A DNA stretch of 64,000 bases from Anthoceros angustus. Lineage: Eukaryota > Plantae > Anthocerotophyta. The translations under genes were made by a program, and so were the position numbers. Each line of letters starts with the position of its first letter. The first letter of the stretch is position 1. Below, piece by piece: positions 23,901 to 35,348 of the stretch. Below the pieces are notes generated by a model. That model searched no databases, was not told the origin of the DNA, and worked only from the letters and a program-made list of their open reading frames with translations. The stretch covers positions 1 to 64,000 of the forward strand of contig MU008183.1 of assembly GCA_010909165.1 (NCBI GenBank), read 5' to 3'.

Positions 23901-24437
23901 TCGCGGTGTACAAAGTATGTACGTTATCCGTGTGACGTATATGCTTATTTTATATAAAATAGAATATGACCGTATATCACGAAATTACCATATAGTATAT
24001 GTTACCATGAACAATACGTGTATTTTACAAAGAATATATTCATATGTATTTATATATATGTGTATTCATACAGTATTGGTGGAACTACTAAGTAAAACTA
24101 GGTATTCCATAGGGTAATAGTAGTAAAAGAGGAAGGTAGATGGGAGGAGGTTTGGTACCAAGCCCGCAAAATTGTAACAAGAGACGATGTAACACTTTGG
24201 TTGTTGCAATTATGTTGAAATTTTGAGAGGGGACACAAACCACCTCTCACTACATTGCAACATAATTGCAACAAGACTATACCATGACTGTAACAAGGTG
24301 GAGGGTTGGTTTCCAAACCTAACTGTAACAAGGGGTCCCAAAAGTGTAACAAGACCCCAAGATTTTAACATAATTGCAACAAAGGGGGGTCCAAATCTTA
24401 ACAATAAGTGTAACATGACTGCCCTTTTCTAGTAGGG
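20913..24437. mobile_element. Non-autonomous CACTA-like element with CCCTA termini
   Basis: TIRs CCCTACTAGAAA(A)GGGCAG..ATGTTACA at both ends; 3-bp TSD CAA at 20910-20912 and 24438-24440; TGTTGCAA/TGTAACA subterminal motifs; no transposase. Confidence 0.9.
21370..23530. repeat. Tandem ~650-bp units, each containing (GGA)n polypurine tracts
   Basis: Units start with CTAGCTAGTGTGATTTGATGTTAGAGAAGGCGATAG at ~21911, 22586 and 23231; GGA-rich tracts differ in length and purity. Confidence 0.9.
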
Positions 24438-26235
24438 CAACCCCGTCCTTCATGTCTGATCTCAAAGAAAAAGATAGGTTTAATGGCACGAAGTACCCAG
24501 TTTGGAGAGTGCGCATGAAAGCCATCTTGATTGCACGTGGTTGCTGGAGGGTTGTGGATGGTTCCTTTTCAAAACCAGATCCCAGCGGGTTCCTGGTGAC
24601 AAGGAAAGGTGGGCCGCCTGGCAACGGTTGCCGCAGCGATTCTTATCAATGGCTCCGCAGACTCGTCCCGATGTTGAGTGCACGACACGGGCATCCAACC
24701 GAATCAGCTCGAGAAGACGTATCAAGTCATTAACATTATGACTAAATGCGTTGTCTGGCAGGAGTATTACTCTCTACGAATGAAAGAAGGGGATAAGGTG
24801 GGCGTCTTTACCAGCAAATTCCGTCACCTCCGATCACAGCTTGCCTCCTTCAACATCAAGATTGAGGAGGAGCATGCCGTGGTTCAGTTGCTGAGCAGCT
24901 TGCCAGCTACTCTTTCAACAATTTGTCAGCTCCTATAATGGACCACTGAACGCCTCCCAAGCTGCTGCTGCCGCCGGAATTGCAAGTACGCTGACAGTTG
25001 ATGACATTGTCGCTGCCCTCCATCAGGAGGAACAGAGCAGGCTGTTCTCTATTAGTGGATCCAAGCCCAAGGCCGAAAAGGTCTTGGCGGCTCAGTTCAA
25101 GCCAAACAAACAGAAAGGCAAACCATAGTGGGTCTGGGCAATCTTCTCTTACAAAGAAATCTGGAAATTGCAACTGGTGCGGAATCCATGGACACTGGGC
25201 TCGAGGCATCGTAAGAAGGCGAACCCGGAAGAAGGCTTCCACGGTGTTTGTGGGGACAAGGGCTCGAATGAAAATTCGACATCTGCAGGCTGACAGCAAA
25301 GGAACAGTTAGAATATACACAATTTGCCTCTCTAATTCAAAGCACAATAGGGACAGTTGGTACTTGGATTGGGTGCAAGCGCCCACATACTAAGGGCAAT
25401 TTGTTCTCGTACAGATACCTCTCACCTTCTTTGAAAGGTGTTGCTTGGAGCGAGAAAAAGAGGCGAGCCTTCACATTGAAGGCGGGGGTAAATGCACCTT
25501 CATCTTACATATGGCCCGACTTGGTTTTGGAAGATGTTCTGTATGTGCCGAGGATGGCCAAGAATCTTGTGTCCTTGAGTCGTTTGCTTAGCATGAGAGC
25601 ATATAGTATGTTTGCAGACAAGAGTTCCTGTTCTTTCTATACCACTGCTGTTCCACACAGACTAGTGTTTAGAGGCATTCCAGACGGTGACCTGTACCGC
25701 CTAGATATCCATTGTCAGCCTGCACCTGTTACATTCTCAACAACTCCAGGTCAGATGGACTCCAAATTTTTAGCTTCTCTTTGGCATGCCAGGCTTGGTC
25801 ACGCCAACAGGGCTAAGCTAATCGATATGTCAGCTACGGACTGCTATAGAGAGCCTTTACCACAGTGCTTCAAGGATTTGCCTATTTGTGAGGCTTGTAT
25901 CTTGGCGAAGCAGAAGGAGCAGCCATTTCCCACCACCCCAGCACACAGAGCCAGTCACGTCCTTGAGTTAATACATGCGGATATCTTAGGAAAAATCCAC
26001 GAGCCATCACTAGGAGGTTCTCGATATTACCTTTCCCTTACAGATGACTTCAGTCGCTATTCCTGGACCTTCCCCATGCAGCTCAAGAGTGACACTTTTC
26101 ATTTGTTCAAGGAATGGCTCCCTGTGGTGCAACGCCAGACATGACAGGTGGTTAAATGGCTCCGCACGGACAATGGCACTGAATTTGTGAATGCCCAGTT
26201 TGATTCTTATCTGCAGGAGCATGGAATTCGGCGAT

Positions 26236-26943
26236 TGTGATTCTTATTGTGGTAAGGGAGAATCAGGGGCACTCCAGGGTCCTCCACTATAAGCGGCCAC
26301 ACTTATCCCAGCATCGCCCCGTGCGTTGGGTTTCGTCCCATGAGACTTGTGTGAAAGTTCGAGGTCTTGTGATGCCCAATCGTTACCTGCACAACTCTCG
26401 GCCTTCTAAACAAGCAAGGCGCCCTCTCTCTCCCCTCACGTGCACCGCTTGCTCGCCAACCCCGACCCACACAACAATTGCCTCGGTGACGAGCCTACCA
26501 CGGGCGCCGGGGACCCCAGTTCACACCGCGATTTCGTCCCTACTTCTAAGACCAAACTTGACCTACAACAATTGCGGTCACCTCGTGACAGAGCCTACCA
26601 CGGGCGCCGGGGACCCCAGTTCACACCGCGATTCGTCCCTACTTCTAAGACCAAACTTCTCCACTCGGGGGCGCTCTTTACTTGCAGTTGGGATTCGCGC
26701 TCCATTGACATTAGACAAGGACAGGGCGGGGAGCTATGGAGACGGCTCCCACTGCATAGGTATGACCCAGCTCCTGGTACAAACATACTTGCTCTAGAAG
26801 GTTCAGACGAGATATCCAATGCATCCATCTGGAGGGCCATAGCAGATTTGATTTGACGCCAGAAAACAACTTTTACCAACAGCTTTGATGAGATTACAGG
26901 CTTGCGAAGGCGATGTATGCATGGAGCCTGCAATCGCCGCAGG
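26236..26943. mobile_element. Unidentified insertion breaking copia integrase, with a ~95-bp tandem duplication
   Basis: Integrase homology stops at a TG-starting segment (TGTGATTC); GAGCCTACCACGGGCGCCGGGGACCCCAGTTCACACCGCG...AAGACCAAACTT occurs twice. Confidence 0.4.
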
Positions 26944-27690
26944 NNNNNNNNNNNNNNNNNNNNNNNNNNNNNNNNNNNNNNNNNNNNNNNNNNNNNNNNN
27001 NNNNNNNNNNNNNNNNNNNNNNNNNNNNNNNNNNNNNNNNNNNNNNNNNNNNNNNNNNNNNNNNNNNNNNNNNNNNNNNNNNNNNNNNNNNNNNNNNNNN
27101 NNNNNNNNNNNNNNNNNNNNNNNNNNNNNNNNNNNNNNNNNNNNNNNNNNNNNNNNNNNNNNNNNNNNNNNNNNNNNNNNNNNNNNNNNNNNNNNNNNNN
27201 NNNNNNNNNNNNNNNNNNNNNNNNNNNNNNNNNNNNNNNNNNNNNNNNNNNNNNNNNNNNNNNNNNNNNNNNNNNNNNNNNNNNNNNNNNNNNNNNNNNN
27301 NNNNNNNNNNNNNNNNNNNNNNNNNNNNNNNNNNNNNNNNNNNNNNNNNNNNNNNNNNNNNNNNNNNNNNNNNNNNNNNNNNNNNNNNNNNNNNNNNNNN
27401 NNNNNNNNNNNNNNNNNNNNNNNNNNNNNNNNNNNNNNNNNNNNNNNNNNNNNNNNNNNNNNNNNNNNNNNNNNNNNNNNNNNNNNNNNNNNNNNNNNNN
27501 NNNNNNNNNNNNNNNNNNNNNNNNNNNNNNNNNNNNNNNNNNNNNNNNNNNNNNNNNNNNNNNNNNNNNNNNNNNNNNNNNNNNNNNNNNNNNNNNNNNN
27601 NNNNNNNNNNNNNNNNNNNNNNNNNNNNNNNNNNNNNNNNNNNNNNNNNNNNNNNNNNNNNNNNNNNNNNNNNNNNNNNNNNNNNNNNNN
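26944..27690. other. Assembly gap (N run)
   Basis: 747 consecutive N. Confidence 1.
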
Positions 27691-28719
27691 AAAGGGTGTG
27701 TCTATTCACCCTACCTAGCTTAAGTTCGGTTTATATGTCATTCTTCATATACTCATTGATATATAAATATATAATGTAATTGTTTAATATAGCAATTGGT
27801 CTACAATCTATCCAATATTGTCGTAAGATGGTGTTGATTTTGTGAAATGGCTTAGGGAAGCAGAAAACCACAGCTGTCGGGCACACTTTCGTGAAGTCAT
27901 CAGGCTGCATCCCATTCTGGTTAGAAACTTGCATGTGCTTTGATCTCCCCTTCCATGAACATCATAGATTGTAGCCAAAGTCACCTCGCCATATCTTGCA
28001 GTTACGCAGCGTTTGTTGCATCTGATCCATTTAGAAACCTTATTGCTCACATCACGTAGCGCGCAAAACCCTAGGCAGAACCTCCCAAACATCGTCGTAA
28101 CGGCCTGATGTTTGGGCCATGTTAACCTTCACCTTCATCTGCGACTTCCCTTCCTCGTCGATTTAGCTGCTCGGATGACATCGGCCGACCCTCGCGGATT
28201 CTCCATCGGCACCGGGACCTTCTCCTCGATTGGTTGCCTTTCCACACCTTGACCACAGGGCGTCACGGCTATTGCGGGAGCCGTGAGGGGCACATCCTCT
28301 TCACATCCTCGTCATCTGATAATCCATCCAAATAAGTCCTGCTTTGCTCCTTGTGGAAGCGGGCCTCAGGGGATCCTCGTCGAGTCCTCACTCCGTGGCC
28401 TCTAATGCCCTACTCGCAGCGTCGTGAGGCACTGTGCACGATTGGGCAAAGGGTGCCACTGCGATTGCCGCCCAGCGCCATCCTGACCAGACCATCCCAG
28501 CAAGCTCTTACCCTCACCCCTGCCCCGCGCCTCTCACCCGCGTTTGCATCGTCAGCCCGGAAGTCACTTGTGGTAGTCTGGCGCCGCAGTAGCGCTCGGT
28601 TGTACATGTCCTCCTCAGGCCTTGTAGAGGCGTCTGCCTTCTGTGCCTGTGTCCGGGACTTCTTCATCAGACCAATTATGTCAATGAAACGCCCGTCGCT
28701 TCAACCGCGGATGCAAAAC

Positions 28720-29778
28720 CGACCGGTTAGCACACGGTAGCGATGGGGTGAAGCTTCTCTATGAAACAATCCCCACAGGATGATGAGGACAAAGCAGCCA
28801 TGAGTCAGATCCCTTATCGTCATGCGATGGGTTGCACGATTACATAGCTTTGGACAAGGCACGATATTGACGCTCGTGAGCCTAAATATCACAACATCAC
28901 CGAGAACCGAAGGCCACTGACCATTGGATGGGTATCAAGTAGCGCATCGCCATCTAAAGGAGCGTCCACTTATGGGTTATGCTTCAATGGAGCTGAGGAT
29001 TCTAATACCATTCAAGGGTATGCCGATGCCGAATGGGCAACCGATCCGGACCTGCGGAGGACCATCTCAACTTATTGTTTTCTACTTTCCGGTGCTGCTG
29101 TCAATTGGAGCTCGAAGAAGCAAGCCTCCGTCGCACTTTCCTCCACCGAAGCGGAGTATAAGGCACTCACCGATTCAGCTAAGGAAGCCGAGTGGGAGCG
29201 GACTTTTCTCTCCGGCCTGAATTTTCCTCAACCAGCCCCAACTACTATCTACTGCGACAATCAATCTACCATTGCGCTTGTTGGGAATCCTCGTTTTCAT
29301 GCCCGCACCAAACACATCGAGATTCAACATCATTTTGTTCGCCAATCCGTGGAGCACAAGGTGATTCAGATTGATTATATTCCAACGGAACTGAATACAG
29401 CAGATGTTCTTACGAAAAGCTTACCTGCCCACAAGCACTGTTTTCATCTGGAGTCTTTGGGCTTGGTGGATTACACTTCCTACTCGCCAGACTCCGCTTC
29501 TGCATAATTTCAAAGGCGCGCCCCCGTCATTTGATTGATTCTAACCAGCATCGTGGTTAAGGGGGTGTGTTAAATATATAACCACATTTGCTGGTTACTT
29601 AAGTTAGATTTAGGTTAGCTTTATATGAACAGTTATTTATTCATTGTATTTAAGCTACACTTTACATTTAATTGATAAGTTTTATGTGAAAGTGTTTGCT
29701 CTCGCTCACTGCTCTAGCTAGCCACGCTTGCCATTATTTATAGGAGGGGAGCGCAAGACACGATAATTTTACTTCACA
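28720..29778 (+). mobile_element. copia 3' fragment: RT end, RNase H, PPT and 3' LTR (29568-~29778)
   Basis: GYADAEW, NWSSKKQASVALSSTEAEY, IYCDNQSTI, FHARTKHIEIQHHFVRQ, ADVLTKSL, stop at 29507; PPT AAGGGGGTG followed by TGTTAAAT...TTCACA. Confidence 0.85.
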
Positions 29779-31729
29779 AGCTCCCTCCTTTTATAGGGAG
29801 GTCCTCACATACCTCCTCACAGCGCGCCCTCAGCCTTTGCCTCACTCCTTATTTTAGTGTATCCTATTGGCGGCTTTAAGTTCGACATCCAAGCATCTTG
29901 GGTAAAATTCTATTCTAGCAAATTCACTATGTGAGCCTTAATGGCTCGCCAACATTCCTATCTAGCTAGTCAACACACCCCTCTTTGGGTGACAAGCATT
30001 AATACTGTCCTCCTCTAAAGAAAAGTCTTCCCAAGTGGCATCTTGCCCATGTCTTCAAGCTAATTTAAGGACTTCTTATGAATCCCTTCCTTATCTTGAG
30101 CCTATCTTGAGTTCCTTCCTCCAATAAAATAGCCGGGCTCTCTTAGCCTTGGCTCATCCTCGGCTTCTCCTCTTCCTCTCACTTGTGGAGCAAGTGAGCT
30201 CCTTACTCTGCACCCATGTTAGGAGGTTGGTCTTCCTTGTGATTCTTGCTCCATTCACGCAAGATCAACCCCTCTTCCTTCTTTCACGCAAGGGCCAAGG
30301 TACTCGCCTCCCCGTCAAATCCATGCTAGCGACCTTGAATCGGCTGCTTCCTCCTACCATGGTAGGACCTCCTCCTACGGTAGGGTCCCTCCTAGCGACC
30401 TCCTCCTACCAGTAGAGTCCCTCCCCGCCGACCTCCTCCTACCACGCGGTAGGAGTCCCTCCTGAGGAACTCCTCCCTACGGTAGGAACTCCTCCTACAG
30501 TGGGAACTCCTCCTACAGTAGGAACTCCTACACGGAACTCCTCTGAACTCCTCCTACCACTTCTAGGGGCGTTTCTTCTTCCTCACCCCACGATTCTCTC
30601 CCTGTGGCTTCTTCCGCTCACTTCTCCACAGTGCGAGTTTCTTCACCCCATTGCTTGGGACACTCTCCAAGTCTAAGGCTTCGGTTGGACTTGCATGAGG
30701 GCCTCCCTATCATCATCATGAGGTCCCAACATCCTCCTCTCGGCAAGTCGCAACAACTCGTTAGTGGCCTTGAGCACCTTGTTGTGAAGATGGGGGCGCA
30801 AATCGTTGTTGTGCCATCTCCAATTCTTGTAATCCTCAAGCCATACTCCATGCTCACACTTGCTTTTGTAAGCATCTCGCTCAAGGCCAGCTCACCGGTC
30901 TTGACATGGAGAGCCACATTCTCCGTCCTTTCATTCTCGCAGCTTGGCGGATCAATCTCTTGTAGGGCATAATCAGCCAAATCGCTCCCTCACCGCCAAC
31001 ATATGCTGCACAACCGCCTCATGACGGCCTTTCTCCTTCCCCATTTCTTCCTCCAACTCCCCTATCCTCCTAGGGAGTTGTGCATTCTCATGCTGCTGGA
31101 CTTCTCGTTCCATTTCCAATCTTTGGACAAAATGTGTCCGCTCTTCCAGCCTTCTTCCTTCAATTCCAGCCTCATGGATTTCTCCCAGCTCCTTTTCCAT
31201 GTCACACACCTGTGGCTATGACCCTCATGTGCGCCTACTTGCCTTTGTGCCTCATTTGCCGCAGAGATTGCCTCGCCTTGACCTTTCTTCCATTAGCAGC
31301 ACTTGCTTGTCTTCTGCCTTCTTTTCCCATGTGCGCACCATGTGAGCAAGTTGTTCCACCTTCTCCTCTCGAGCTGCCAATTGCTTGGTAAGAGCCTTGT
31401 TCTCTCCAATATGATTGCTCGCCTCATGTAGCCTTGTCTCAAGACTCTTTTCCAAGTGCTCCACTTGAGCCTCCATCCTCATAATATCCTCCCCGCCTGG
31501 TTTCCGCCGCCACCGCAATTTCCTTGCTTGATAGGTCCTTGTCTTTCCGCCTCCGCCTTCAAGAATTCAACTCTCCTCTTGGCGGCTCCTATGTCAACCT
31601 TGCTGAACATCTCCCCTATGCGCAGCATCTCTTCCAACATGTCTAAGTCTCCTTTCTTACCCCCGGGAGACTCAAGGCCTTTGCCTTGCTCATGTGATCT
31701 TACATTATAACATATCACAAATCGTAACA
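29779..31729 (-). mobile_element. Degenerate LTR-retrotransposon remnant (coiled-coil gag-like ORFs, PPT, partial LTR)
   Basis: Minus-strand coiled-coil ORFs at 30618-31730; DATWEDF motif near 30030; PPT AAGAGGGGTG followed by TGTTG at 29975; TATAAAAGG inside the putative LTR. Confidence 0.5.
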
Positions 31730-32354
31730 TGACAAGGTGGAAGCAAGTTTTTGGGGGGCTCCCGCGGTTGATTCACAAACTTTCCCCTCCCTTTGAAGGT
31801 GCGAAGGATGGCTCGTGTACTAGGCGTCAACCCTCCTTTGGAGGTGCATATATTTGCACATTTCTCCCTTAACTCTCTAAAAAAAAGTGTCCCCCCAAAG
31901 TTATCTCTAGTATATGGGCACAATCCAGCTTTACTTACTTGTTTCATAAAGTACCACAGTTTAATGTCAAATCTTTTCTACCATAAATTAATTCAATGTA
32001 TTTTTCTTTTTTCTCTTAATCTCATCTTACTCGAACTAATATCTTGTTTGATAAGGAGTGTTTGTATGTTGTTGCTCGCTAATATTGATGACAACTATGC
32101 ATCTTGTTTGATAAGGAGTGTTTTTATGATATTACTATCTAATATTGATGACAACTATGTGTTGTTGCTAGCTAATATGAATGACAACTCAGTATTGTTG
32201 CCCCTTATATTAATTGGAACTTTGTAAATCTGTGCGTGTCGATTAGTATTGGTGATACTTTGTATATTCGTGAATGCGAGGAAGTATTAGAACTCACATG
32301 TCACACATTTATAAGAACATTGCTGTTAAGCATCCTCCGCTTAGATCGGTACTT

Positions 32355-32500
32355 AGATGGAGTGCCAGGAGGGAGTAGATGCCCTTAGATGAGGTGCCTA
32401 GAGGGAGTAGATGCCCTTAGATGAGGTGCCTAGAGGGAGTAGATGCCCTTAGATGAGGTGCCTAGAGGGAGTAGATGTCCTTACATAGGGTGCCTATAAG
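32355..32500. repeat. 32-bp tandem repeat
   Basis: GAGGGAGTAGATGCCCTTAGATGAGGTGCCTA, about 4 copies. Confidence 0.9.
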
Positions 32501-33019
32501 GAGTAGACGTCTTTGGTGCAAGTAGTTTAGACACACCATGGCACAAGTTGTTAAGTACCAAGTCCCATGCGAGTAGAATTCTGTTGAAGTGGTTTACACT
32601 CCTTCTCCTTCTATTAATGACAACTTTGCATATTTGTGGACTATGATAAACAACTTCTTCTATTGATGACAACTTTGCAAATTTCTGAATGCACTTGGTG
32701 CCAGCTAAGATGCTTTTGTGCATTGCAGGTTTGTAGATGCATTTGGTGCCACACAAAAATACCACCTAAAAAACCTTTAGTGGACACCCATAAATATTAA
32801 TAATAACTTTGTATATTTTATAATATACTTGCTGCCAGTTGAACTATAATAGACTTCTTCTTCGGTTATTGATGATAACTTTGCAGATTTCTAAATACAC
32901 TTGCTGCTAGCTAGAAAGCCTAAAAATGCCACCTTAAAAAACCTTTAGTGGTCACCCACAAATATTAACAATAACTTAAATTTCTTTAGTTTTTAATACA
33001 CTTGGTGCCAGTTTAAAAA

Positions 33020-33230
33020 GCCAATATTGAATGGTGATTGCCCCAACAATAAAAAGTCAATAGTGAATGGATATTATCCTAATAATAAAAAGTGAATAGT
33101 GAATGGATATTACCCTAATAATAAAAAGTCAATAGTGAATGAATATTATCCCAATAGTAAAAAGCGAGTAGTGAATGGATATTGCCCCAATAATAAAAAG
33201 GAAAATGAATGGATATTGCACCAACAATAA
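33020..33230. repeat. ~37-bp AT-rich tandem repeat abutting the tRNA 3' end
   Basis: AATAGTGAATGGATATTAYCCYAATAATAAAAAG, about 6 copies. Confidence 0.9.
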
Positions 33231-33231
33231 A

Positions 33232-33314
33232 TCCGATCTGCCGGATTCGAACCAGCGACCTAAGGATACCTGCTACTCTACAGTCCTCCGCTCTACCAAC
33301 TGAGCTAAGATCGG
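33232..33314 (-). tRNA. tRNA-Tyr (GTA) with a 10-nt intron
   Basis: CCGATCTTAGCTCAGTTGGTAGAGCGGAGGACTGTAG [AGTAGCAGGT] ATCCTTAGGTCGCTGGTTCGAATCCGGCAGATCGGA; paired acceptor stem, A and B boxes, intron at the canonical 37/38 position. Confidence 0.97.
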
Positions 33315-33693
33315 ATAGTAAATGTCACTCTGGGTTTTTTATTTATAACTCAGATTAGAGCTAAACACCCACACTACTTCACTCTGTAGCGTTCATGACA
33401 TAAATTCACGATGAAGTCCCAGGAGCAGGCCAAGGTTTCCGTGGCAACGCTAAGATTTGACAGTTTGTGGGTGGTGCCTTGAGCACATAAGAAGAGTAGG
33501 GGAAACCCCATGCCTCCAGGCTGCTGCATCAGGCAGAGGTGCTTGTCGAACGCAAGGGAGCCGTTGCATGGATCACCAGCGAAGGAAGAGCTCACTCATT
33601 GCCACACCCTGTGCTGGCTTAAATCAGTCTGGTTCCTTCCAGGGAGTGGATACAAGCCATCCATGATATGCACAGATACCCGCCTCATTCGAA

Positions 33694-35031
33694 TCAGACG
33701 CGTTGTTTCTTCTGAGCCTTCTCTACCAGGAGCTGAAAGCCAATATCGGTCTCCTTCAAGAGCCGAATGACGTATTGTTCATTTTTTTCATCTTGGCACT
33801 GCTGAAGCATTCCCGAAATTTTGCTTGCCATGGCAACGTTCTCCGCTACCAATTTGGCATACGGCGCGGAATCGAGCAGGCTGGTTTGGTCTTGAGATTT
33901 CCTAAGCCCGGCTAGCAACGCTGCCCGGACAAACGGGAGATTCCGCTGCTCGGCTTCTTTGAACAAGAAGATCGCCGCCTGACATGCCACTTCACCGTCA
34001 TTTGCGCTGTAGGAAGGGAAAACTAGCGGCCACGGCGGGTCCTTCACCCAGCATATGTGCTTCATGCACAAGGGCTTTAACTCTAGAACGCCATACTTGA
34101 TAGCAGCCTCAAGCAACAGCTGCGGCGACCTCTGCAGCACATCCTCCTCCTTCACCTCCGCAGTGTGAAGAAAGTGTATGAAATTGTTCATAACATCCCC
34201 TGGCAGCGGACCAAACTCCAACTCCTCCACACCCTCCCCTTGCAAAGCTAGTAACTCCCTATACACACATGACCTGCTCTCCTGCCACACATGCACAACA
34301 CCAGCCTCAATGCCAGAGCCACAACACCTCAAGCAGTATTGTCACCAAACCTACTCCGACAACACAAACACTTTCTTAACCGCAAATCGCGAGGGAGAAA
34401 ACGGCAAATTCCATACCAGGACGAATCGATTTATCCAGGCAACGGTCTCATCCCCGGCCTTCAACAGCACATATCCCGCCGAAGCTGAAGGAACCCGATC
34501 CGTGTCCCATTTCCGCAGAAAATCCAGCTGAGCCTTGAGCTCCTCCATCCGTATCTCCGCGTCCCGCTTGTACTTCTGCAATTCCGAAATCTGGAACTCC
34601 GCTGCACGCATCTTCATCTCGCTCACAAATAGCTGGTTCTCTAGATCGGTCACCTGCTTCTCGTGCTCCTTCTGCTGCCCGTCCCGCTCCTGTTTCAGCC
34701 GCTTCAGCTGCGCCTTGTCGCTCGTCGGGGACTTCCCTCGGCATTCGTTGCAGGCGATGGCGCCTTCGCCTTCAGCCAGGCTCACCTTCTTGCCGCACTC
34801 TTCGCACGCGTAGCATCCAGTGCACAGCACAGAAGCTCCTGGACCCTGCCCCTCCGATTCGCGTGCTTCCCACTCCGGCAGCGCGAACGGCATGTCCATG
34901 GAGCTTAACTGGCATGCCAAACTGGGAGGTGGAGCCGAGACGATCGCTAGCTGCCTCTCCTCCATACCTGATTCTCCGACCGCCGGGCTCGAAATAGCCT
35001 TGCCGCCAAGGTAGCCACTGGCCTCCATCAT
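33694..35031 (-). CDS. BTB/POZ-domain protein with N-terminal CxxC motifs and a coiled coil (appears frameshifted near 34330-34410)
   Basis: CTGCYACEEC...CNEC, coiled coil ending EELKAQLDFLR, VLLKAGD...WINRFVL, then FIHFLHT, LLEAAIKYGVLELKPLCMKHI. The architecture resembles plant C-rich BTB proteins of the At4g08455 type. Confidence 0.8.
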
Positions 35032-35348
35032 TACTTACAGAATAACTTCCACTGACACATGCGCCGCCTAACGTAAAAATGTGTCGCGAATTATGTAGAC
35101 CTGTCATCTGCCCGCTCGCGTTTAATACCCGCTATTGTTCTTCTTTTTCTGGAAATCTCGCAGGACATGCGGTGGCTGGAAATTCGGAATTGCAAGCGCT
35201 TTGCCTTCGCATGGGTGGATGTCCTGCGCCCGCCGTATTGAGCGACCCTACACCGGCTACATGCCTATAGAGTTTAATTGTGACACACCATGCCAATTGT
35301 GAGCACCGTCATCCTCAAGAGCACAACCCACATAAACATTGGGAGAAT

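Larger units (their letters stand above)
20906..26235 (+). pseudogene. Second copia element: gag-protease-integrase, interrupted by the CCCTA element and truncated in integrase
   Basis: ATG at 20906 rejoins in frame with 24441 (MATPSFMSDLKEKDRFNGTKYPVWRVRMKAIL); CNWCGIHGH knuckle; WYLD; VLYVPRMAKNLVS; LWHARLGH; CEACILAKQ; LELIHAD; LTDDFSRYSW; LRTDNGTEF. Confidence 0.9.

Noticed and set aside
26885-27779. Long ORFs of about 270-290 aa
   Set aside because: They are open only because they cross the N gap.
20906-29778. Treating the copia 5' part and the RNase H/LTR fragment as one intact element
   Set aside because: No 5' LTR or TSD, most of RT is missing, and a gap plus unrelated sequence intervene; the link cannot be established.
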